Part shown: positions 39,001-48,379 of the stretch, piece after piece
How positions within the stretch are numbered: the first letter of the stretch is position 1
Layout of the letters: each line of letters opens with the position of its first letter
DNA from: a virus
Direction: 5' to 3' (one strand)
IMG/VR virus record: IMGVR_UViG_3300023179_000057
Span: 1 to 64,000 of that record
DNA: 64,000 bases
Position numbers and translations under genes: made by a program
The notes under the pieces: model-generated
What the model was told of the DNA's origin: nothing
Seen by the model: the letters and a program-made list of their open reading frames with translations, nothing else
The model's database searches: none

Positions 39001-39044
39001 TTAAAAATGTTGACTCACAAAGAGTTAGAGGGCAGAGACGATAA
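33009..39044 (+). CDS. Tape measure protein
   Basis: 2011 aa helical; TP901-type core; two D.VPAML.PGE.V motifs. Confidence 0.92.
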   Translation: MADVNANIDINIDSSNALAQLKALQRQISQFHTSIARSSEAAALAQKGLQKNLLNSINAIGAFTAEMRTVRTSAESFTDSLEKNKFSMREYFRYAGASTKTFGRLFKSEFDTIGKVAEERVKRLQTQYIKMGRDTNGAMRAIAVMPTQLNMNDYTTQVQMAAQKQALFNQLMKQGSTNLLNFGKNTQWAGRQLMVGFTLPLMAVGTAATKTFMDMEAQALRFRKVYGDLFTPQEETKQVLDNITELGKQFTKYGVAVSTTVGLAAEAAAAGFQGLDLQRQTTEATRLSILGQIDSQKALETTISLQNAFGMSSEKLADAINFLNAVENQTVVSLDDITTAIPKVAPVIQQLGGDVRDLTFFMAAMKEGGINASEGANALKSGLAALINPTKKASEMLAGFGINATAIVEKNKGNLKATVVEFANALNALDPLSRARAIEQMFGKFQFARLSTLFANVAKDGNQAARVLDLANSSVEELSALSEQELGMTADSAMNKFKKTVEDLKVALVPVGQAFLEAVTPIIDFVGNVLERFANLSSGTKRLITLLTVGIGAVGPVLLMTFGLLANGIANIIKLFLTLRGGYQRLTGQTQILGEQTQYMTSEQLDAASAAHSLDQTHAKLTQTFTAEATAINQLIQAYTSAAGAARNFAMNNPGMMLPGRGAKRLASGIVSVPGPKGAGDVVPAMLSPGEAVIPTDMAKKYAPLINGMIADKIPGFQVGKGFKNATMFLPEGINTAMGDPRGRGVSASAVSQYLGSAGGGVMGPLLAVIGREIKVGINNPKFKSEFIEVANLFTKTATDALNQSGREFIKDADLEEIVVPALRDAAKGIKIAGKDIDVALENAINQIRTVGPVGVGSGSMGGIGRTALPGSYRGARKAAQQFALSQNPEMFRQTERFSQSKGKTLKSFQTLDPMLNQWQVATMSHITTSITASAEELTRQMTPYLGDVGAKVTEAITKNVTSGAIKQAKVASPSRETEMVGASIGQGFIVGGKQYIDDAKVVGQQLGAGMVQTASGLFVPGGAVGQPPRTTGAGVPLSVITENARRNREQLLATQQQRRTAAMNARMNSLNKAFMSGTFALSALSGVASMAGGNLGKFSEILFQISGPLFALSSVIQLLTGEKIVGLISRFKVAFGLTSVALLAGVGIIKLINSAREKELEYIYGLSNAMKTTTDQVKTLGDFFGVVPTKLPFEGRNREIVRKDVRTARDRLRADESFQKQFALQINTLSKATAQQAQLAFTSLALNLRAQGFAEEQVQTIIDALREEAGKTDVKLDVKSINFSPESIKNIQAQIKPLTDNLAEQVEKGLTKTVVVSAGKAGARTYTTQTKEATKALSEFSTFSSEVAKSAAGMFRLGIIDGKQFEEGIYGILGAVEGLDEISRRTALLELFKKLDMDAKPFLSTLYTVKQEMMLVALLSAGVLGKDSPIIKALSSSDLKTRTRGINGLTKAFENLFGAITDVNNADKDTDGGPGGAGKLNALQERIKAIQQQTQAFIILRNAKIDEKTATELSNDAEIASLVIANSKGKSLKQIIALVKEYKKALADQTKAEFQYMSGPNLFKAQLERAQAQANLREKLIDMQFAPQIKKENDALAVQEKRLADVNKQIENVTRSQIEPIQAVIDSNNLALEKIALQEDAINEKYNKQIEALDKIATINQDIANIQKQRLSIADALTRGDISTAAQLAQEARVEQAQSSVTGQKEALTVTRDAQIAALGRNALEKQNKELQLQINIIEATQLKTLESQKQTIESTIESINLNITALNEQVRVTKEGYVYAKGTKEEMDNLDTLIQLATAAGIPFTAQLLEQSKNAQSLAAALGAALAAQKALGSGATTLPEIMAGAKAGTITSQTITPEQKAVVLQGIKQTIAKVNTTVAKLKKTIGKNYGGIVPKYMTNGGRAMGSDTVPAMLTPGEFVVNKAATKAYRPLLERINESKYPGMLGRGGMTQIPVSNISTSVSDNSTAVYNYNLGFSINGASSNANDIARAVMREIKNVDSQRVRGQRR

Positions 39045-39679
39045 TGGCTACTAGTGCTTATTTAACAGGTAGACGCAGGTATACAAGACCGCAGGGTATC
39101 CTATGGGCAAATAACGCTGGAACCCTCTCTAATGGCTTATACGTGCCCAATGGCATAGAGGTGGGGGCAGACACAGAAGAGACAGATCCAAACCTACTAG
39201 ATCAATTCATTATTTTATCTGATCATAATAGAGGGGACATGCAATTTAATACCCAAAGAATTGAGCAACGTCAAAGAACCATTAATGGCCGTATGCGTTC
39301 ATACCACATTGCAGATAAACTGACTATGTCTGTATCTTGGAATATGTTGCCTTCACGAGGGTATTCAGGATTGGCTAACTTTAATACAACAACAGGAGTA
39401 TCACCAAGCGAAGGATCTACAACAGAGTACACAGCAGATGGCGGTGCAGGTGGAGTAGAACTTCTTGACTGGTATGAGACACATCAGGGTCCTTTTTGGA
39501 TGTACCTTGCCTATGATAAATATACAAACTTAGAAGGTCAGGGTTATCAATATACTGGTTTGAACAGATATAATCAAATTATTCAAGTTTATTTTGCAGA
39601 CTTTAATTATTCCGTCGTAAAACGTGGAGCAACAAATCATGATCTTTGGAACATATCGGTAACACTGGAAGAAGTTTAA
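39044..39679 (+). CDS. Distal tail protein-like
   Basis: Follows tape measure; RTINGRMR, WNISVTLEEV. Confidence 0.65.
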   Translation: MATSAYLTGRRRYTRPQGILWANNAGTLSNGLYVPNGIEVGADTEETDPNLLDQFIILSDHNRGDMQFNTQRIEQRQRTINGRMRSYHIADKLTMSVSWNMLPSRGYSGLANFNTTTGVSPSEGSTTEYTADGGAGGVELLDWYETHQGPFWMYLAYDKYTNLEGQGYQYTGLNRYNQIIQVYFADFNYSVVKRGATNHDLWNISVTLEEV

Positions 39680-42600
39680 ATGTTTGAAAGTACTGAATTA
39701 AAAAATCACTTTGAAACATCTGCAACAATACAGACAGAGTCATTAGTTCTGGCTGAGTGGAATATGAATATGCCAGATAATATATTTAAACTTGGCAACT
39801 ACAGATACAGATCTCAAGAACAAAATTCTCAGTTTTTAACATTACCAAATACATTTGATAGCGCAGATACTGGAGAATATTACACTGGTGCAACAGATGC
39901 TGATGTTGTTATTGATGGGGGGCTTGAAAATAATAATACTCCACAAATTTTTACATCTACAAAAGAAAAACTAAAACTACTATACTCTTTAGAAGATTGC
40001 GTAAAACCATTTAGACCAAGATCTGGTATTAATAAAGCAACAGCATTTAAAGGAAAGTATTTAGCAAACTCTGGTAGCGACTTGGCAAGAAGACCAAGAT
40101 ATTATATGGCGTCACGCTATGATCAATTTAAATACTGGACTTCTTTTAGAACCGAAGAAGGAATTGAGCGAGGTATTGCTAAAACATTAAATAATGGAAC
40201 TTACTATATAGACGATACAGTTCCTTTTGTTGTTTATAAAAATAATGTACCAACAAATAGAATTATTGTTAAAATGCAAACACATGTTGGAGATATAGAC
40301 CTTGGAGATTTTACAGACATATCAAAAACATTTGCAGATCCATTTTATGGAAATTCTAATAAATCAACTCCAACAAGATGGAAAATTCAATATCTTAATG
40401 GAAACAATTGGATAGATGCTTATGTATTTAATGATGGTGATACTCGTGATGATGGCTCTGCGATAATTAAACATGATGGATATGTTGAATTACAATACGC
40501 ATTAAAAAATATTCCAGATGCTTTTAAAGAAACATTTATTCATTCAAATATATACTCTTCAGATACACTGTTACCAACAGAATCAACAAATGGTTATGCC
40601 TACTTAGTTATTGAAAATGAAGGAGATGTTGGAACATACCATATTTGGAACGGTACAACAGAAGAATATGACACATTTGAACCAGTATATGGATGGGTAT
40701 TAGGCAATGAACAAATAGACAATAAAACAACATTTGTTACTGATTTAACAAACCCATCATCATTTGAAGAGCCTACAAATGGAGAAACCACATATAGAGA
40801 GTTTCAAAATATACGTGGTTTGAGAGTTGTTATAGAAAGAATGAATAAGGCTGACTCTACATTTGATCTAATTGAAATGTCTCCAAGATTGGTTGTGAAT
40901 ATATCTGATAAAACAATAGAATATAGCATTAAAAAAATTCTTTCAGACCTTGGCAATTCTGCACTACCAGTAGGACAATTATTAGCATCAACTGGAACAA
41001 TATCTTTGTTTGATGATGATCAAGCATTTAATGATAATAATACAACTAGTATTGTAAAAGATTATATTCGTAAGAATATTAAATTTAATTTTTATGAAAA
41101 AATATTAAATGTAAGTGGATATGACTATTGGGTTCCAATTAAAACTTTATACTCTGATGGCTTTCCACAAGCAGACGTTACTGGCGGAACATTAGAAATA
41201 TCACTAAGAGATTTTTATTTCTTTTTAGAATCAATGCCCGCACCAAGAATGCTTGTAACAGAAGTATCTCTTAGTTATGCAATTAGTTTAATTCTTGATT
41301 ATATTGGTTTTAGTAATTATGCTTTTTATAGAACAACAAATGAACCAGATCCAATAATTCCATATTTTTTTATTGCACCAGATCAAACAGTAGCGGAAGT
41401 ATTAAATCAGTTAGCAGTATCAACACAAACTGCAATGTTCTTTGATGAATACAATAACTTTATAGTAATGAGCAAAAACTATATATTGCCAGATGAAGAT
41501 GATAGAGAGTTTAATATAATCTTGTCTGGCTCAACAAATCAATCAGTAAGTGGTATTATTGAAAATCAAACATCTGGAACATTGCCTAATATTATTTCAA
41601 TTGCTTCAGAAGATAAAAAAGTTTATAATAATGGAAAAATAAATTATACAACCAGATATATTCAAAGATCTTATGGCTCAGTTCGTCAAGCAAGCATGAT
41701 AGATAGAGATAAGACATGGATATATAAGCCAGCATTGTTATGGGAAGTATCTGGAAGCGATTCTACTAAAACAATAAATGAAGTTGCATCTAAGCAGGGT
41801 AAGTATGTTCTTGGTGCAATGCCATTAAATTCTGATTTATCAAGCGCAGTTCCAACAGTAGTTAATCGTAAAATGCAAAACAACGTTTTAGATCTTGGCG
41901 AAAATGTTTATTGGCTTACAAGATATCAAGGATATTTTTATTCTAATGGAGAAATTATTAGATATGATGCTGCTCAATTTAACGTTACCCTTGCAATTTG
42001 GTACCCAATTCTATCTGACGGAATTAACTTAGATGAAACTAAGCCACAAATAGTTTTGCCTGGTAGATTAGCACCAAATAGTATTATTGATAATTTAGAT
42101 AAACAAGTTGCTAATGGAGAGATTACAGAAGCACAAAAGGGTGAAGCAATACAGGCTTGGAGGGTTTCACATAGACAAGGAACTAGCAATGTTTGGATTA
42201 CAAGCAACCAAGAGTATCAGAATTATTTTAAATCACTACCATTTAATGGAAAAATTTATCCAACTGGCTTGGTTAGAATTTATTCTATTCCTTACTATGA
42301 AACAATTGAAGGAGTAACTCGTTTACAAAATGGAGCAGTCGTTGAGCATGGTCGTGGTCAATTTGGAACTCCTATAACAAGTCATTCTGCAGGAATAAGT
42401 TCTTATTGGTCAAATAATGATTATGTTAAAGGTTGTGAAATGAAAACTAATTATTTATTTACAACAACTTTGCTTGAAGATATATCTTTACCAGCAACAA
42501 CAACTGGAGCAGCAGGAGTTAATAATACAAAAGCAAGACAAACATCAAGAGGCGGAACAATTAAAAACTTTATGTCTTCTAGTTATGGAACAGAAACTTC

Positions 42601-44188
42601 TGTTAATAGTTCTTTATCAACTCAAACTGGAACAATTCAATCTTCTGCTTTGGTAATGAATGGTCCATCATTTGAAACAACAGAAACTCCTATTAATTTG
42701 GTTTCTTATGTATATAAAGAATTAGATAATGCTTATAGACATTTTGGAGCAAGAGTTAGAATTATTGGAAAAATAGAAAATAATGAAAATCGTTCACAAA
42801 CTCCAACAGGAAGCGCAACGTATTATCAAGTTGCTGGAGTTCAACCAGATCAAAATGTGAGCATTGGTGGTGGCTCTGGTGGAATTGCGGTATTATTAAA
42901 TCCAACAACAAATAATGGATATTACTTTGAAATAGTTGCGTTAACTGAAAATAACGTAGAGTCATATTTAAAATTAGATAAAAATAATCAATCTGATATA
43001 TCTATAAACAATGTTGTTTTTTATAAAATTAAAAAAGATTTATCAAACAATGATGCAATACCAATTAAATTATGGGGTGGGCTATCAAAGATTACAGTTG
43101 ATGATGGTAGATTTACTGGACAATACAGAATGGTTGGTGAGGAAAATCCAACGGTGTATGATTTAGCAGTAGAATATCAAGACATAGGAAAAATCAGAAG
43201 ATTCTTTTTATATATTAACAATCAATTAATTAAAGTAATAGATGATCCAGATCCACTTCCTATTTATAATAATATGGCTCCCTTTGTTCGTGGATCTTCT
43301 AGACTTATGTTTGAAAATATTTATGCACTATCGGAAAATTATTCTCAAAATACCGTCTTTACAGTTGGAGAAACTTTGTCATCTGCCTTTGGTGATAAAG
43401 AAATAACTGCTAATGAATCAATTAGAAAATATGCAATGAATGGAATTATTCAATCAACTTATTTGTCTGGAATTAGTGCTCAACAACCACCAAAATATAA
43501 TATGTATTTTGAAGAATTTGGTTCAATCATGAGAGAATGTTCTTATTTTGACATTAAATATGATCGTGCCTATCCAGCACTTTATGCTCAACTATCACCA
43601 ACATTTAATGAAATAAAAAATTATGTAACATCTGGATTTTATGCTGACTCATATGGCGCAGAATTTTTAATATTTAATGCTACAGATACAGCCTTAAACC
43701 TTGATGAAACTACTGGAAATTATTTAAGAATTCAAGGTATTACATTTACCCAAGATACAACACATGAATTAACTGTTGACGAATATTTTAAAAAACGAAG
43801 TAACTTTGCTGATCCAGAATTAACTGCATCTTCTCAGATTATTTCTCCACTTATTGAAAAAGAAAAATATGACAATATTAAAAGAAGCAGAATGATATAT
43901 GGAAATAATGAATTTACATTAGATACTCCATATATACAAACTCAAGATGATGCAGAAAGCCTAATGGGTTGGCTAATTAACAAATTAATGGTTCCTAAAA
44001 AATCAATAGGAATTAAAGTTTTTGCAACACCAACAATTCAACTTGGAGATATTGTAAAAGTTAATTATAAAAACTCTAACAATTTAGATTTAGTTACATC
44101 AGATACTAAAAGATTTGTAGTATATAATATTGAATATGCTAGAAGACTTACTGGACCAGACATGATACTTTATTTGGCAGAGGTGTAA
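39680..44188 (+). CDS. Large tail tip/hub protein
   Basis: 1502 aa; MFFDEYNNF, PYIQT, P.IQLGDIV. Confidence 0.7.
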   Translation: MFESTELKNHFETSATIQTESLVLAEWNMNMPDNIFKLGNYRYRSQEQNSQFLTLPNTFDSADTGEYYTGATDADVVIDGGLENNNTPQIFTSTKEKLKLLYSLEDCVKPFRPRSGINKATAFKGKYLANSGSDLARRPRYYMASRYDQFKYWTSFRTEEGIERGIAKTLNNGTYYIDDTVPFVVYKNNVPTNRIIVKMQTHVGDIDLGDFTDISKTFADPFYGNSNKSTPTRWKIQYLNGNNWIDAYVFNDGDTRDDGSAIIKHDGYVELQYALKNIPDAFKETFIHSNIYSSDTLLPTESTNGYAYLVIENEGDVGTYHIWNGTTEEYDTFEPVYGWVLGNEQIDNKTTFVTDLTNPSSFEEPTNGETTYREFQNIRGLRVVIERMNKADSTFDLIEMSPRLVVNISDKTIEYSIKKILSDLGNSALPVGQLLASTGTISLFDDDQAFNDNNTTSIVKDYIRKNIKFNFYEKILNVSGYDYWVPIKTLYSDGFPQADVTGGTLEISLRDFYFFLESMPAPRMLVTEVSLSYAISLILDYIGFSNYAFYRTTNEPDPIIPYFFIAPDQTVAEVLNQLAVSTQTAMFFDEYNNFIVMSKNYILPDEDDREFNIILSGSTNQSVSGIIENQTSGTLPNIISIASEDKKVYNNGKINYTTRYIQRSYGSVRQASMIDRDKTWIYKPALLWEVSGSDSTKTINEVASKQGKYVLGAMPLNSDLSSAVPTVVNRKMQNNVLDLGENVYWLTRYQGYFYSNGEIIRYDAAQFNVTLAIWYPILSDGINLDETKPQIVLPGRLAPNSIIDNLDKQVANGEITEAQKGEAIQAWRVSHRQGTSNVWITSNQEYQNYFKSLPFNGKIYPTGLVRIYSIPYYETIEGVTRLQNGAVVEHGRGQFGTPITSHSAGISSYWSNNDYVKGCEMKTNYLFTTTLLEDISLPATTTGAAGVNNTKARQTSRGGTIKNFMSSSYGTETSVNSSLSTQTGTIQSSALVMNGPSFETTETPINLVSYVYKELDNAYRHFGARVRIIGKIENNENRSQTPTGSATYYQVAGVQPDQNVSIGGGSGGIAVLLNPTTNNGYYFEIVALTENNVESYLKLDKNNQSDISINNVVFYKIKKDLSNNDAIPIKLWGGLSKITVDDGRFTGQYRMVGEENPTVYDLAVEYQDIGKIRRFFLYINNQLIKVIDDPDPLPIYNNMAPFVRGSSRLMFENIYALSENYSQNTVFTVGETLSSAFGDKEITANESIRKYAMNGIIQSTYLSGISAQQPPKYNMYFEEFGSIMRECSYFDIKYDRAYPALYAQLSPTFNEIKNYVTSGFYADSYGAEFLIFNATDTALNLDETTGNYLRIQGITFTQDTTHELTVDEYFKKRSNFADPELTASSQIISPLIEKEKYDNIKRSRMIYGNNEFTLDTPYIQTQDDAESLMGWLINKLMVPKKSIGIKVFATPTIQLGDIVKVNYKNSNNLDLVTSDTKRFVVYNIEYARRLTGPDMILYLAEV

Positions 44189-44189
44189 C

Positions 44190-45023
44190 ATGGGTGCTTT
44201 TGATAGTTTATATATGCCTAAAGCAAGTTCTGGAGATGTTGTTAGTAATGAAATAGATGCTGCTAAAACGGCAGAAGCAATTTCAATAGTTGGAGCAGCA
44301 GAGGTAGAACGTAGAGGCGGAGTAAATGCTCAAGGATATTTTAACGATGTTCCTGCATATCAACAATTAACAGCAAACGAAAGAGCAAAAGTAACGCTAG
44401 AAAATGGCCACATAAATACTATGGCAATGCTTGCAATGTTAGAAGACAAAGAAAGAAAACATTTTGGAAGATCTTTAGACTCTGGAGTTATAAAGGCAGA
44501 AGCCCCACCATCTGTAAACATTACAGCAACGCCTATGGCGCCAGAACCAGAATCATTTGCTTTAAGAAGTTTTGCTGCACCAGAACCAGTAAAAACAGCA
44601 ACCCTTGATATTATTTTATTTGATGATGAGTCCGTTCCTGTAGATGGAATGTTTGATTTAATATTTGAAAATATAGGTGGACAAGAATTAATTAATATTA
44701 CAAGATCTGATATTGTTAATGGTCAAAAAATATCTTATCAACCAATTAAAAATTTATCTATAATTCAGCAACGGTATAATCCAAATAATATTCTAAGCCT
44801 TCAGCAAACCGCAGATAAATACTTTGCTGGATTTTCTATTAAACTAGAAGACAAGATCCCATACGAAGGAAATGGAACAAATGGAGAAAACCTTTATTTT
44901 GATGAAGATACTGGTGATTTAATTATTGAGTTTGTTAATATAAACAATGATGAACAAATTGAGACACAAATTACCCTAGGTGGTACAATATATAATATAG
45001 ATCTTGGAGAAAATATTTCATGA
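44190..45023 (+). CDS. Minor tail protein
   Basis: Synteny. Confidence 0.6.
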   Translation: MGAFDSLYMPKASSGDVVSNEIDAAKTAEAISIVGAAEVERRGGVNAQGYFNDVPAYQQLTANERAKVTLENGHINTMAMLAMLEDKERKHFGRSLDSGVIKAEAPPSVNITATPMAPEPESFALRSFAAPEPVKTATLDIILFDDESVPVDGMFDLIFENIGGQELINITRSDIVNGQKISYQPIKNLSIIQQRYNPNNILSLQQTADKYFAGFSIKLEDKIPYEGNGTNGENLYFDEDTGDLIIEFVNINNDEQIETQITLGGTIYNIDLGENIS

Positions 45024-46180
45024 TTACTAATACTGGTAAATCTATTATTGCTAAATACCTGCTTGGACAAGCGCCAGCCTATGCCTCATATATTGCTGTT
45101 GGTTGTGGTGCTACCCCGCTTACAACTGGAGATCCAATAGGAGATTACTCTGCAAAAATAAACTTAGATTTTGAAATGTTTCGTGTTCCAATTTCATCAA
45201 GAGGCTTTGTAAATGAAAATGGTTTAGATAAAATAGTTTTAACAGCAGAATTACCAACGGAAGAAAGATATGAAATATCAGAAGTTGGAATATATTCTGC
45301 AGGATCAAATCCATCTGCTGGCGCATATGATAGTAAAACTGTTTTTGCATTTACGCAAACAGAAAATTGGCAACATCATACAGCAGAAGCAGCAGTAGCC
45401 ATTGATACATTTTCTGCTGCATTAGATGAACCGTTATATGATAATGTTATTGCAATTACAGATCCAGTATTTCAAACAAATGCGGATAATCCAATATTTT
45501 TTAAATCTCCAAGACCTGAAAGATATGAAAGACCAAGATTTTTAAATAACATAATATTAATTCAAGGTGATGACGCTGACATAACAATTAATGAAGAAAG
45601 TGGTGCAGCACAAGATCATTTTGTAATAGAGGCTGGATCAAATCATATTCACTTAACTGGTGCCAGCGTTGATTTTACAAGAAACTCTCCAACAGATGAA
45701 TTACGTTTAGCATTTTCGTTAATAAACAAAGATGGAAACGCTGGAGCAACACCAGAAAATGTTAGAATAATGGTAGAGTTTGCATCAACAGAAACAGAAA
45801 CCGCAGAATACGCAAGATTTGAAGCAGAAGTTATTGATGATAGTAGTGGAGGAGCCTACGATTTTTCTACTGAAAGATATTTTGTTGTAACAAAACAACT
45901 TCAAGAATTATATACTAGTGCAAACTTTACATGGAATGCTGTTACAGTAGTTAAAATATACGCTTGCGTTATTGATGCTGGAGTTCCATCTAGCAATTAT
46001 TATGTAGCACTAGATGCAATGAGATTAGAAAATGTTTCTACACTAAATCCACTCTATGGATTAACAGGATATTCAGTTATTCAAACTCAAGATGCATCAA
46101 CAATTGTAAAGAGTTCTAATACTAGTAATTATATTGAGTTTAGATTTTCAGTAGATGTTTCTGGCGGAGTAATATCATAA
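45020..46180 (+). CDS. Minor tail/baseplate protein
   Basis: MITNTGK..IAKYL, YIAVG.G, L.FE.FRVP, ISEVGIY. Confidence 0.65.
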   Translation: MITNTGKSIIAKYLLGQAPAYASYIAVGCGATPLTTGDPIGDYSAKINLDFEMFRVPISSRGFVNENGLDKIVLTAELPTEERYEISEVGIYSAGSNPSAGAYDSKTVFAFTQTENWQHHTAEAAVAIDTFSAALDEPLYDNVIAITDPVFQTNADNPIFFKSPRPERYERPRFLNNIILIQGDDADITINEESGAAQDHFVIEAGSNHIHLTGASVDFTRNSPTDELRLAFSLINKDGNAGATPENVRIMVEFASTETETAEYARFEAEVIDDSSGGAYDFSTERYFVVTKQLQELYTSANFTWNAVTVVKIYACVIDAGVPSSNYYVALDAMRLENVSTLNPLYGLTGYSVIQTQDASTIVKSSNTSNYIEFRFSVDVSGGVIS

Positions 46181-46680
46181 TGCCAGACCAAGGAATAAAA
46201 AAAATAAGAATAAAACAACAAGACCTTCCTTCTATAGATATAAATGAAGAAGGTTATATATTAAGATATAGAGTTGTTTCAGAAGATAAAAACCGTACAT
46301 CACAGTGGTCTCCAATATCTATTATTCAACCAAATTATACTTATGTTCCTGGTTCAATAGCGTTTAACAAGGCTGGAGATGTTGCTTCGCTTGCTTGGGA
46401 CTCAGTTTCAATACAAATAGATGGTAATGAAATAAGAAAAGCCCATGAGTTTGATATATGGCTTAAGTGGCATAGAAGTGATAATGGAGATTGGATATAT
46501 AAGCAAAGAATTGATGGTGGAAATATTTCTTTCCCAATTCCCAACACATATACAATAAATGGAACTGTACAAGGTTCACCACCAAATAGACTTAATGCAG
46601 AAATATACTTAAAGGGTATTCCAATCACAAGAGACTCTGAATTTTTATTAGTTTATGAAGATGGTCCACATACCGTTTAA
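46180..46680 (+). CDS. Minor tail protein (FN3-like)
   Basis: RYRVVSED.NR.S.WSP. Confidence 0.6.
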   Translation: MPDQGIKKIRIKQQDLPSIDINEEGYILRYRVVSEDKNRTSQWSPISIIQPNYTYVPGSIAFNKAGDVASLAWDSVSIQIDGNEIRKAHEFDIWLKWHRSDNGDWIYKQRIDGGNISFPIPNTYTINGTVQGSPPNRLNAEIYLKGIPITRDSEFLLVYEDGPHTV

Positions 46681-46705
46681 TGATATACTTTAATAGGAGG
46701 AAATA

Positions 46706-47146
46706 ATGGCAAAAGTACCACTACCAGAACGAGGTCAACCACTTGATGTCACATATTTATATCAATTAGTTGAAGCAGTTAATGATCTTTCTACTAATGT
46801 TGCTTCAAAGCAAACTAGTAAAACTATAATTGATACCGCCTCTGCAGGTAAAGTTCCAGTTCAAACCTCTAACACCAGAGTTATAGGTGGCTTGGTTGAA
46901 GTAGCAAATAACTCAACAGTTTCGGCGGGTAACGAAAAAACATTTACTTATGATTTTCAAGACTTTAAATACCCACCAATAGTATCAGCAACTCCAGTTA
47001 ATACTGGACAAACTCCAGCAGGACAAAACGTAAATGTTATTTTAAAGAGCGTTACAGAAACAAGGGTTGAAGGTATTGTAAGGTTTGGTACTTCTGGTGA
47101 CTTATCTTTAGCAGTACATTTAATAATTATTGGTATTCCAAACTAG
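46706..47146 (+). CDS. Minor tail/fibre protein
   Basis: F..PPIV.AT C-terminal fibre-like domain; GGAGG RBS. Confidence 0.6.
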   Translation: MAKVPLPERGQPLDVTYLYQLVEAVNDLSTNVASKQTSKTIIDTASAGKVPVQTSNTRVIGGLVEVANNSTVSAGNEKTFTYDFQDFKYPPIVSATPVNTGQTPAGQNVNVILKSVTETRVEGIVRFGTSGDLSLAVHLIIIGIPN

Positions 47147-47158
47147 AGGTAAAAATTA

Positions 47159-47350
47159 ATGATTTCTTGCAAAAAATGCAAGGGTAGAGTATTTGTTGAC
47201 AGACAATACAGTAGTACCCAACATTTAGAGACGTACTGCTTAGTATGTGGAGAAAGGCAGTTTTATCATCCGCCAACAGAAAGCGAAGAAGGAAAATGGT
47301 TACTAGCAAAGGAATTATTCAGGGCGAAATTTACAATAACGAAACTGTAA
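47159..47350 (+). CDS. Zinc-ribbon protein
   Basis: CKKC...CLVCG. Confidence 0.7.
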   Translation: MISCKKCKGRVFVDRQYSSTQHLETYCLVCGERQFYHPPTESEEGKWLLAKELFRAKFTITKL

Positions 47351-47838
47351 TAAAGGGTAATAAAAAGATATGGTTTCTTAATGGAGATTTGGTAAGGCTA
47401 CACCATAGTTCAAGATCTACTGGAATGGTTTCTGTTTATAATATTACTAAAGATAGAATTGAAACTTGTTTACGTTCTGATTTTAGAAAAAATAGAGAAC
47501 GTGCATACACTGTTGCAGAGACTGCTAAATTAATTAATCGTCATAGAAAATATATGCCAAAGTTAATTAAAAATGGAATGATTCCGCCACCAATTGGAGC
47601 AAGATTAAATGGACAAAGAGGTTGGCAAATAAGATCTTATTATTCAGAAAGCATGGTTAGGGAGATTCGTGCTATACTGGCTACTATACACATAGGACAA
47701 CCAAGAAAAGACGGATTAATAACAAATAATATGACACCTACAAGCCAAGAATTGACAAGACGAATGGGTGACGGTATACTTACATATACAAAGACCGAAG
47801 ATGGTAGATTTATTCCTGTGTGGGCAGAGAATATTTAA
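47296..47838 (+). CDS. MerR-like HTH DNA-binding protein
   Basis: YTVAETAKLINRH....G.IP.P...RSYYSE; likely start MVTSK. Confidence 0.65.
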   Translation: MVTSKGIIQGEIYNNETVIKGNKKIWFLNGDLVRLHHSSRSTGMVSVYNITKDRIETCLRSDFRKNRERAYTVAETAKLINRHRKYMPKLIKNGMIPPPIGARLNGQRGWQIRSYYSESMVREIRAILATIHIGQPRKDGLITNNMTPTSQELTRRMGDGILTYTKTEDGRFIPVWAENI

Positions 47839-47856
47839 AGTTAGAAAAGGTGGGGT

Positions 47857-48069
47857 ATGGAAGAAAATAACACAACAAAGGTATCAGCAACACTTGGATA
47901 TACATTAAATCTAGGTAATTTTGAATCATTAAGAGTTGATCTTGGCATTACAGATTATGTTCGTCAAGGTGAAAATATTAAACAGGCACAAGATCGTGTT
48001 TATAAAACTGTTGAAACTCAATTGATTGAAAAGGTAAACGAAGCAAAGGTTCAGTTGGCTTCAAAATAA
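47857..48069 (+). CDS. Hypothetical protein
   Basis: GYTLNLGNFESLRVD. Confidence 0.7.
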   Translation: MEENNTTKVSATLGYTLNLGNFESLRVDLGITDYVRQGENIKQAQDRVYKTVETQLIEKVNEAKVQLASK

Positions 48070-48070
48070 T

Positions 48071-48379
48071 ATGGCTGATCGCAAAGAACGTATGGCTTTG
48101 CTTAGTCGTTATAATAAACTTCATTTGCAAAGATATGAAAAAAGGTCTTTAATGAATCTTAATGTTGAGCAATGGGCAGCAGATGGGGTTATTGATTCTT
48201 ATGGTTTGTCACAGTGCTATGATTTATTAGATTATTATTTTAATGTTGCTACTGTTCCTAGTTGGAGTTACTTTGCGTACAACGCAGAAAAAATATTGGA
48301 AGCAAAGATAGAAAAAGAGCAGGATAAAAAAGAAAGAGAAGAGCGTAGGCAATTAGGAAAAAAGTGGTTAAATGAATAA
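48071..48379 (+). CDS. Hypothetical protein (possible helicase loader/initiator)
   Basis: Overlaps helicase start. Confidence 0.6.
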   Translation: MADRKERMALLSRYNKLHLQRYEKRSLMNLNVEQWAADGVIDSYGLSQCYDLLDYYFNVATVPSWSYFAYNAEKILEAKIEKEQDKKEREERRQLGKKWLNE